Shown in pieces: positions 53,201 to 64,000 of a DNA stretch of 64,000 nt. The notes under the pieces were generated by a model. The model saw only the letters and a program-made list of their open reading frames with translations. It did not search any database and had not been told where the DNA came from. The translations under genes were made by a program, and so were the position numbers. The DNA comes from Balanoglossus misakiensis (lineage: Eukaryota > Animalia > Hemichordata), in NCBI GenBank assembly GCA_040954595.2, contig CM082588.2, positions 9,904,844-9,968,843 on the forward strand. Direction: 5' to 3'. How positions within the stretch are numbered: the stretch's first letter is position 1; each line of letters begins with the position of its first letter.

Positions 53201-56200
53201 CATGTGCATGGGTATTTAATGTTGACTGTAAATCCCCAGGTTAATACATGTCCAAAAGCACTGTAATTTGACATTGATAATACAACGGTGACATTTAATC
53301 TGATTCTTTGCATCAGGGCAAATGGTGAAGCAAGCTTAATGATGCATCGGAGTATATGGTGATGCAAGCTCTGCATTTTGACATAGGTATTAAATGTATA
53401 TGCATGGGTATTTAAAGTTGTCTGTAAATCCCCAGATTAATATGTGGCCATAATCACTGTAATTTGACATTGCTAATGCTACCGTGATACTAAATCTGAT
53501 TCTTTGCATCAGGGTAAATTGTGAAGCAAGCTTGATGATGTATCATGATAGATGGTGTTTCAAGCCCTTCACATTGACATTGGAATATAACGCATATGGG
53601 GATTTAAAGTTGATTGTAAATCCCCAGGTTAATACATGGCCAAAAGCACTGTAATTTAAAATTGCTAATGCAATGGGTGACATTGAATGTGATTCTTTGC
53701 ATTAGGGGAAATGGCGTAGCAAGCCTAATGGTGCATCAGAGTAGATGGTGATGCAAGCTCTGCACTTTGACATAGGTATTTAATGCATATGCATGGGTAT
53801 TTAATGTTGACTGTAAATCCTCAGGTTAATACGTGGCCATAAGCACTGTAATTTGACATTGCTAATGCAATGGTGACATTGAATGTGATTCTTTGCATCA
53901 GGGCAAATGGCGAAGCAGCTTGATGATGCATCAGGATAGATGGTGATGCAAGCTCTGCACTTTGACATGGGGATTAAATGCATGCTGAGGGGGATTTAAA
54001 GTTGTCAAAACAAACTTGATGATGCATCAGGGTAGATGGTATTTCAAGCCTTTCACATTGACATTGGAATATAACGCATATGGGGATTTAAAGTTGATTG
54101 TAAATCCCCAGGTTGATACGTGGCCATAAGCACTGTGGTTTGACATTGCTAATGCTACCGTGACATTGAATGTGATCCTATGCATCAGGGTAAATGGCGA
54201 TACAGGCTTGATGATGCATCACAGTAGATAGTGATGCAAACAGTTCACTTTGACATGGGTATTAAATGCATATGGGGATTTGAATTTGATTACAAATCCC
54301 TGGGTTAATACGCGTCCAAAAGCAATGTAATATGACATTGCTAATGAAATGGTGACATTGAATGTAATTCTTTGCATTAGGGGAAATGGCTGAGCAAGCT
54401 TAATGATGCATTGGAGTAGATGGTGATGCAAGCTATGCATTGTGACATAGGTATTTAATGCATGTGCATGGGTATTTAATGTTGACTGTAAATCCCCAGG
54501 TTAATACATGTCCAAAAGCACTGTAATTTGACATTGATAATACAACGGTGACATTTAATCTGATTCTTTGCATCAGGGCAAATGGTGAAGCAAGCTTAAT
54601 GATGCATCGGAGTATATGGTGATGCAAGCTCTGCATTTTGACATAGGTATTAAATGTATATGCATGGGTATTTAAAGTTGTCTGTAAATCCCCAGATTAA
54701 TATGTGGCCATAATCACTGTAATTTGACATTGCTAATGCTACCGTGATACTAAATCTGATTCTTTGCATCAGGGTAAATTGTGAAGCAAGCTTGATGATG
54801 TATCATGATAGATGGTGTTTCAAGCCTTTCACATTGACATTGGAATATAACGCATATGGGGATTTAAAGTTGATTGTAAATCCCCAGGTTAATACATGGC
54901 CAAAAGCACTGTAATTTAAAATTGCTAATGCAATGGTGACATTGAATGTGATTCTTTGCATTAGGGGAAATGGCGTAGCAAGCCTAATGGTGCATCAGAG
55001 TAGATGGTGATGCAAGCTCTGCACTTTGACATAGGTATTTAATGCATATGCATGGGTATTTAATGTTGACTGTAAATCCTCAGGTTAATACGTGGCCATA
55101 AGCACTGTAATTTGACATTGCTAATGCAATGGTGACATTGAATGTGATTCTTTGCATCAGGGTGAATGGCGAAGCAGCTTGATGATGCATCAGGATAGAT
55201 GGTGATGCAAGCTCTGCACTTTGACATGGGGATTAAATGCATGCTGAGGGGGATTTAAAGTTGTCAAAACAAACTTGATGATGCATCAGGGTAGATGGTA
55301 TTTCAAGCCTTTCACATTGACATTGGAATATAACGCATATGGGGATTTAAAGTTGATTGTAAATCCCCAGGTTGATACGTGGCCATAAGCACTGTGGTTT
55401 GACATTGCTAATGCTACCGTGACATTGAATGTGATCCTATGCATCAGGGTAAATGGCGATACAGGCTTGATGATGCATCACAGTAGATAGTGATGCAAAC
55501 AGTTCGCTTTGACATGGGTATTAAATGCATATGGGGATTTGAATTTGATTACAAATCCCTGGGTTAATACGCGTCCAAAAGCAATGTAATATGACATTGC
55601 TAATGAAATGGTGACATTGAATGTAATTCTTTGCATTAGGGGAAATGGCTGAGCAAGCTTAATGATGCATTGGAGTAGATGGTGATGCAAGCTATGCATT
55701 GTGACATAGGTATTTAATGCATGTGCATGGGTATTTAATGTTGACTGTAAATCCCCAGGTTAATACATGTCCAAAAGCACTGTAATTTGACATTGATAAT
55801 ACAACGGTGACATTTAATCTGATTCTTTGCATCAGGGCAAATGGTGAAACAAGCTTAATGATGCATCGGAGTATATGGTGATGCAAGCTCTGCATTTTGA
55901 CATAGGTATTAAATGTATATGCATGGGTATTTAAAGTTGTCTGTAAATCCCCAGATTAATATGTGGCCATAATCACTGTAATTTGACATTGCTAATGCTA
56001 CCGTGATACTAAATCTGATTCTTTGCATCAGGGTAAATTGTGAAGCAAGCTTGATGATGTATCATGATAGATGGTGTTTCAAGCCCTTCACATTGACATT
56101 GGAATATAACGCATATGGGGATTTAAAGTTGATTGTAAATCCCCAGGTTAATACATGGCCAAAAGCACTGTAATTTAAAATTGCTAATGCAATGGTGACA

Positions 56201-59200
56201 TTGAATGTGATTCTTTGCATTAGGGGAAATGGCGTAGCAAGCCTAATGGTGCATCAGAGTAGATGGTGATGCAAGCTCTGCACTTTGACATAGGTATTTA
56301 ATGCATATGCATGGGTATTTAATGTTGACTGTAAATCCTCAGGTTAATACGTGGCCATAAGCACTGTAATTTGACATTGCTAATGCAATGGTGACATTGA
56401 ATGTGATTCTTTGCATCAGGGTGAATGGCGAAGCAGCTTGATGATGCATCAGGATAGATGGTGATGCAAGCTCTGCACTTTGACATGGGGATTAAATGCA
56501 TGCTGAGGGGGATTTAAAGTTGTCAAAACAAACTTGATGATGCATCAGGGTAGATGGTATTTCAAGCCCTTCACATAGACATTGGAACATAATGCATATG
56601 GGGATTTAAAGTTGATTGTAAATTCCTAGGTTAATACGTGGCCAAAAGCACTGTAGTTTAACATTGCGAATGCAACGGTGACATTGAATGTGATCCAATG
56701 CATCAGGGTAAATGGCGATACAGGCTTGATGATGCATCACAGTAGATAGTGATGCAAACAGTTCGCTTTGACATGGGTATTAAATGCATATGGGGATTTC
56801 AAGTTGATTACAAATCCCTGGGTTAATACGCGTCCAAAAGCAATGTAATATGACATTGCTAATGAAATGGTGACATTGAATGTAATTCTTTGCATTAGGG
56901 GAAATGGCTAAGCAAGCTTAATGATGCATTGGAGTAGATGGTGATGCAAGCTATGCATTGTGAGATAGGTATTTAATGCATGTGCATGGGTATTTAATGT
57001 TGACTGTAAATCCCTAGGTTAATACATGTCCAAAAGCACTGTAATTTTAAATTGCTAATGCAAGGGTGACATTGAATCTAATTCTTTGCATCAGGGCAAA
57101 TTCTGAAGAATGCTTGATGATGCACCAGGGTCAATGGTGATGCAATCACTAAATTTTTACACCGGGGTTTAAAATGTATACAGGGGGATTAAAAGTTGAC
57201 TGAAAATCCCTGGGTTAATACAAGTCCAAAAGCACCGTAATTTGACATTGATAATACAACGGTGACATTTAATCTGATTCTTTGCATCAGGGCAAATGGT
57301 GAAGCAAGCTTAATGATGCATTGGAGTAGATGGTGATGCAAGCTATGCATTGTGACATAGGTATTTAATGCATGTGCATGGGTATTTAATGTTGACTGTA
57401 AATCCCCAGGTTAATACGTGGCCATAATCACTGTAATTTGACATTGCTAATGCTACCGTGATACTAAATCTGATTGTTTGCATCAGGGTAAATTGTGAAG
57501 CAAGCTTGATGATATATCATGATAGATGGTGTTTCAAGACCTTCACATTGACATTGGAATATAACGCATATGGGGATTTAAAGTTGATTGTAAATCCCCA
57601 GGTTAATACATGGCCAAAAGCACTGTAATTTAAAATTGCTAATGCAATGGTGACATTGAATGTGATTCTTTGCATTAGGGGAAATGGCGTAGCAAGCCTA
57701 ATGGTGCATCAGAGTAGATGGTGATGCAAGCTCTGCACTTTGACATAGGTATTTAATGTATATGCATGGGTATTTAATGTTGACAGTAAATCCTCAGGTT
57801 AATATGTGGCCATAAGCACTGTAATTTGACATTGCTAATGCAACGATGATATTGAATCTTATTTTTTGCATCAGGGTAAACGGCGATGCAAGCTTGATGA
57901 TGCATCTCGGTAGATAGTGATGCAAACACTTCACTTTGACATGGGTGTTAAATGCATATGAGGATTTGCTAATGCTACCGTGACACTAAATCTGATTCTT
58001 TGCATCAGGGAAAATGGTGAAGCAAGCTTGATGATGCATCAGGATAGATGGTGTTTCAAGCCCTTCACATTGACATTAGAATATAATGCATATGGGGATT
58101 TAAAGTTGATTGTAAATCCCCAGGTTAGTATACGGCCAAACGCACAATAATTTGATATTGCTAATGCAACAGTGACATTGAATCTGATTCTTTGCATTAG
58201 GGCAAATGGTGAAGCAAGCTTAATGATGCATTGGAGGAGATGGTGATGCAAGCTATGCATTGTGACATAGGTATTTAATGCATGTGCATGGGTATTTAAT
58301 GTTGACTGTAAATCCCCAGGTTAATACGTGGCCATAATCACTGTAATTTGACATTCTAATGCTACCGTGATACTAAATCTGATTGTTTGCATCAGGGTAA
58401 ATTGTGAAGCAAGCTTGATGATGTATCATGATAGATGGTGTTTCAAGACCTACACATTGACATTGGAATATAACGCATATGGGGATTTAAAGTTGATTGT
58501 AAATCCCCAGGTTAATACATGGCCAAAAGCACTGTAATTTAAAATTGCTAATGCAATGGTGACATTGAATGTGATTCTTTGCATTAGGGGAAATGGCGTA
58601 GCAAGCCTAATGGTGCATCAGAGTAGATGGTGATGCAAGCTCTGCACTTTGACATAGGTATTTAATGCATATGCATGGGTATTTAATGTTGACTGTAAAT
58701 CCTCAGGTTAATACGTGGCCATAAGCACTGTAATTTGACATTGCTAATGCAATGGTGATATTGAATCTTATTCTTTGCATCAGGGTAAATGGCGATGCAA
58801 GCTTGATGATGCATCTCGGTAGATAGTGATGCAAACACTTCACTTTGACATGGGTGTTAAATGCATATGAGGATTTGCTAATGCTACCGTGACACTAAAT
58901 CTGATTCTTTGCATCAGGGAAAATGGTGAAGCAAGCTTGATGATGCATCAGGATAGATGGTGTTTCAAGCCCTTCACATTGACATTAGAATATAATGCAT
59001 ATGGGGATTTAAAGTTGATTGTAAATCCCCAGGTTAGTATACGGCCAAACGCACAATAATTTGATATTGCTAATGCAACAGTGACATTGAATCTGATTCT
59101 TTGCATTAGGGCAAATGGCGAAGCAAGCTTGATGATGCATCACGGTAGATATTGATGCAAGCACTTCGCTTTGACATAGGTATAAAATTCATATGGGGAT

Positions 59201-61740
59201 TTCAAGTTGATTATAAATCCCTGGGTTAATATGTGGCGGAAAGCACTTTTATTTGCCATTGCTAATGCTATGGCGACACTAAATCTGATTCTTTGCATCA
59301 GGGTAAATTGTGAAGAAAGCTTGATGATGCATCAGTATAGATGGTGTTTCAAGCCGTTCAAGTTAACATTGCAATATAATGCATATGGGGATTTAAAGTT
59401 GATTGTAAACCCCCAAGTTAATACATGGCCAAACGCTTAGTAAATTGACATTGCTAATGCTATGGTGACACTGATTATTTGCATCAGGGTTAATGGCGAA
59501 ACAAACTTGATGATGCATCAGGGTAGATGGTATTTCAAGCCCTTCACATTGACATTGGCATATAATGCATATGGGGATTTAAAGTTGAGTGTAAATCCCT
59601 AGGTTAATACATAGCCAAAAGCACTGTAATTTGACATGGCTAATGCTACTGTGATACTAAATCTGATTCTTTGCATCAGGGCATATAGCGAAGCATGCTT
59701 GATGATGCATCAGGATCAATGGTGACATGCGTATTTAATGCATATGCACTGATGTTTAAAGTTGACTGTAAATCGCCAGGTTAATATGTGGCCAAAAGCA
59801 CAGTAATTTGACATTGCGAATGCAATGGTGACATGGAATCTGATTCTTTGCATTACGGCAAATGGCGAAGCATGCTTGACGATGCATTACTGTAGGTAGT
59901 GATGCAAACACTTCGCTTTGACATGGGTATAAAAAGCATATGGGGATTTCAAGTTGATTATAAATCCCGATGTTAATACATGGCCAAAAGCACTGTAATT
60001 TGACATTGCTAATGCAATGGTGACACTATATCTGATTCTTTGCATCAGGGCAAATGGCGAAGCAGCTTGATGATGCATCAGGATAGATGGTGATGCAAGC
60101 TCTGCACTTTGACATGGGTATAAAATGCTTGCTGAGGGGGATTTAAAGTTGTCGAAACAAACTTGATGATGCATCAGGGTAGATGGTATTTCAAGCCCTT
60201 CACATTGACATTGGAATATAGTGCATATGGGGATTTAAAATTGATTGTAAATCCCCAGGTTAATACGTGGCCAAAAGCACTGTAATTTGACATTGCTAAT
60301 GCAATGGTGACACTATATCTGATTCTTTGCATCAGGGCAAATGCCGAAGCAGCTTGATGATGCATCAGGATAGATGGTGATGCAAGCTCTGCACTTTGAA
60401 ATGGGTATAAAATGCTTGCTGAGGGGGATTTAAAGTTGTCGAAACAAATTTGATGATGCATCAGGGTAGATGGTATTTCAAGCCCATCACATTGACATTG
60501 GAATATAATGCATATAGGGATTTCAAGTAGATTATAAATCCCTGTGTTAATACGTGTCCAAAAGCACTGTAATTTGACATTGCTAATGCAATGGTGACAC
60601 TATATCTGATTCTTTGCATCAGGGCAAATGGCGAAGCAGCTTGATGATGCATCAGGATAGATGGTGATGCAGGCTCTGCACTTTGACATGGGTATAAAAT
60701 GCTTGCTGAGGGGGATTTAAAGTTGTCGAAACAAACTTGATGATGCATCATGATAGATGGTATTTCAAGCCCTTCACATTGACATTGGAATATAGTGCAT
60801 ATGGGGATTTAAAGTTGATTGTAAATCCCTAGGTTAATAATGGCCAAAAGCACTTTTATTTGACATTGCTAATGCAATGGTGACACTATATCTGATTCTT
60901 TGCATCAGGGCAAATGGCGATACAGGCTTGACGATGCATCACGGTAGATAGTGATGCAAACACTTCGCTTTGACATGGGTATAAAAAGCATATGGGGATT
61001 TCAAGTTGATTATAAATCCCGATGTTTATACATGGCCAAAAGCACTGTAATTTGACATTGCTAATGCAATGGTGACATTGAATCTGATTCTTTGCATCAG
61101 CGTAAATGGCGAAGCATGCTTGATGATGCATCACAGTAGATAGTGCTGCAAACACTTCGCTTAGACATGGGTATAAAAAGCATATAGGGATTTCAAGTTG
61201 ATTATAAATCCCTGTGTTAATACGTGTCCAAAAGCACTGTAATTTGACATTGCTAATGCAATGGTGACACTATATCTGATTCTTTGCATCAGGGCAAATG
61301 GCGAAGCAGCTTGATGATGCATCGTAGTATATGGTGATGCAAGCTCTGCATTTTGACATAGGTATTAAATGTATATGCATGGGTATTTAAAGTTGTCTGT
61401 AAATCCCCAGGTTAATACGTGTCCAAAAGCACTGTAATTTGACATTGCTAACGCAATGGTGACACTATATCTGATTCTTTGCATCAGGGCAAATGGCGAA
61501 GCAGCTTGATGATGCATCAGGATAGATGGTGATGCAAGCTCTGCACTTTGACATGGGTATAAAATGCTTGCTGAGGGGAATTTAAAGTTGTCGAAACAAA
61601 CTTGATGATGCATCAGGGTAGATGGTATTTCAAGCCCTTCACATTGACATTGGAATATAGTGCATATGGGGATTTAAAGTGAACTCTAAATCCCCAGGTT
61701 AATACGTGGCCAAGAGCACTGTAATTTGACATTTCTAATG
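44201..61740 (+). repeat. ~17.5-kb satellite array, ~190-196-bp monomers (deletion variants down to ~95 bp) with higher-order repeats
   Basis: GGTTAA(T/C)AC anchors at 44464, 44655, 44851 and 45029. Repeated ORF-track entries give periods of 374, 2555, 3831, 1259-1260 and 287 bp. Confidence 0.97.
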
Positions 61741-61749
61741 ATGGTGAGA

Positions 61750-61879
61750 TGTTGTTTGCTCCCCAGGGAGTTGAATGGAATAGTAAGGTCCAACGACCTA
61801 GGTCAAATTACCATGGGACAACTTTAAAGCATGTTGAGATTTAATGTGCTACATAAGTTATAAATATTATATTAATATT
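61750..61879 (+). mobile_element. 3' part of the SINE seen at 63470-63825
   Basis: GTTGTTTGCTCCCCA..GGTCCAACGACCTAGGTCAAATTACCATGGGA matches 63681-63820. Confidence 0.75.
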
Positions 61880-62513
61880 TAGGGGTTATTACACGAATTT
61901 TGGTCGATAACGCGTTGTATTCGAGTGATGTCCGTATTTTGATGAGTTGCGCTTCGCAACGAGTCAAAATACGGACATCACGAGAATGCGTCGCGTTATC
62001 GACCAAAATTCGTGTAATAACCTCTTTATCATACATGCCTACCTATAAAACAGTACGATTTGCAGAAATGCGCCGAGAAAAACAATTTCAAATTTGAACC
62101 GGGCGCTGGGATCACAGTAGTAGCCATGTTGTGACGTATGACGTGTGGGCCGTAGTATCATTTTAAGGGGGTTGGCAGCTTTCATTACGATGGGCACATC
62201 CGCATTCTAAATAAAATTGTCTACGTTCTCTTTCAAAATATCATGTTAACAATTATTTTGCATTGAGAATTTCGAAGAACTAAAAATGATGCATTCAACA
62301 TGACAAAACCGCCAGCTTTGAAAACTTTATTACAGCTTCTAATAACCGAATTTTACAACACCCCTCTCCACTATGCCCCGTGTGTCGCTCGCGCGCGCAG
62401 TGAACTGTCACACCGAGACGCGGACACGATATTTTCACATTGTGAAATACCGTAAAATATCTTCGGGGCGAGAACAATAGAAAGTGTTAAATACTGGCGT
62501 TGCATGTATGATA
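61880..62513. mobile_element. Non-autonomous hairpin element (~140-bp near-perfect hairpin plus second IR pair)
   Basis: GGTTATTACACGAATTTTGGTCGATAACGCG (61884) / CGCGTTATCGACCAAAATTCGTGTAATAACC (to 62022). TTATCATACATGC (~62026) / GCATGTATGATAA (62502). TAATATT on both sides. Absent from the paralogous site at ~63820. Confidence 0.88.
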
Positions 62514-63469
62514 ATATTACATAAACAACACTCTTACTTAGCTAAGGAAGTGGTCAGGTGAAATATATTTGCAGAGCTGACCAATTCTTTAAGGAAAATT
62601 AAAGTTGGGTATTTTGGATGTATTCATACCTACAAACTGTGTTATGTATGGGACATTGATGTTGCCTAATACATCTCCACATTAACTTGAATTCTTAACG
62701 GCAGCTATACAAGGCAGCGTATGGAAAGATCATTGTAAGACATACACAACACTTTTAGGGAGCATGGGAAATGTTCATGAGAACTGTGTTCTCGGAGCTC
62801 ACAAACTGTGTTATGAGAAATTCAAGCTGCTAAACTTGCGTGTCTCTAAATTGACTGAAACTGTGATTATGAGCCAAAGAAGGCAACGTATAGGAATGTC
62901 ATTCTACCACATACTGTTACTCAACACTTCTATTAAGCATGGGAAATAGTATTGAGAACAGTATTCTCAAAGTTGACAAACTGTGTTATGTGTAGAATAT
63001 CCAAATTGCCTAATTGGCAATCGTTAGCAACCAGTTGTCTTCAAGAGGGTTTGGGGCACCAACCTCAACATGCTTTAGTCTTTAGTGATCTAGCAAGTTA
63101 GCCTGCATATCGAGCAACTGTTAATGGAGTGAGTTGCTCAATGATAGGAAACTCCTTTGTTCATTTTCAAAATAACCAAAAATGTGAACAAAACACACTG
63201 AATTATGTATGGGATATATGGGATTGCCTAATTTGCGTGTCTCCACATTTACTTAAACTCTCACAGGGAGACAAATGTCACAGCAGACGGAAAAATGATT
63301 ATGCCACACAACACTTTTATTTAGCACGGGAACTGGTCTTGGGAAATGGGAGCTGACGCACTGAATTTTTGGAAATTCAAAGAGCCTAATATGCACGTTT
63401 CCATATTTGCTTAAACTCTGACTGGGAGCTGAACAAGGCACTAAATGGAAAGGTCATTGAGCCACATAA

Positions 63470-63825
63470 AGTCATAGTCCAGTCGTTAGAGCATCAGACC
63501 CATAATCAAAGAATCAAGAGTTTGATCCCTGGCATGGTTGTGGTGTTGTGTCCTCTAGCAAGGCAATTTACATCTCCTTGCCTCTCCCCGCCCATAAGAA
63601 AATGGTAATTTGGTGGATCGGATATTGTAATGTGTATGTTCAGGTCAGCTGTGCTGATATAAAAGCTGCACATGTGAGCTGTTGTTTGCTCCCCATGGAG
63701 TGGGATGGAATATTTTAGGTCCAACGACCTAGGTCAAATTACCATGGGAAACACTTCAAAGCAGCACATTGAGATTTATTGCATAATGTGCTATATAAGT
63801 AATAAATATTATATTGATATTATTA
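63470..63825 (+). mobile_element. Degenerate tRNA-derived CORE-SINE-like element with L2-like tail
   Basis: A-box-like TAGTCCAGTCGTTAG, B-box-like GAGTTTGATCCC, CORE-like TTGTGTCCTCTAGCAAGGCAATTTAC, and 3' CATTGAG..AATGTGCTATATAAG followed by a TATT-rich tail. Confidence 0.65.
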
Positions 63826-64000
63826 CATAAACAACACTCTTACTTAGCAAAGGGAGTGGTCAGGTGAACTATATTCGCAGAGCTGACCAATTGTTTTAAG
63901 GAGCAAAGTCTCTCTTTCGCCGCCTTTTTTCAATTAATTAAGTTTGATACAAGAACCCGTTTATGTTTTTCTACATGTGGCTATATAGTGAATCAACATT

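Noticed and set aside
44205-61613. Many Cys/His-rich minus-strand ORFs as zinc-finger genes
   Set aside because: They come from TGCA/CAT-rich satellite monomers of varying length, often not a multiple of 3, in all frames, with no C2H2 spacing.

Overview
AT-rich animal genomic DNA with no intact protein-coding gene. The GT-AG exons and the repeat repertoire suggest a marine invertebrate; this is inference. 1-6.4 kb is a decayed AcademX-type DNA transposon gene (DNxD transposase, XPG/FEN1-like nuclease, Cys8 finger) that carries an in-frame OTU cysteine-protease domain inside the transposase region and is broken by nested insertions. 6.4-24.5 kb is TE debris (L2 LINE, TTAA- and TA-flanked MITEs, hairpin elements, Helentron-associated repeats), with broken cbEGF and Gln-rich exons and a CpG-rich stretch. 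24.7-41.3 kb is a ~0.9-kb macrosatellite whose internal 116-bp segment is amplified 1-27 times per unit, interrupted by a self-nested Helentron-associated element. 44.2-61.7 kb is a ~190-bp satellite with successive higher-order-repeat domains. The last 2.3 kb holds a CORE-SINE-like element and a filled/empty insertion-site pair. All calls come from reading the sequence by eye; boundaries are approximate unless a target duplication is cited.
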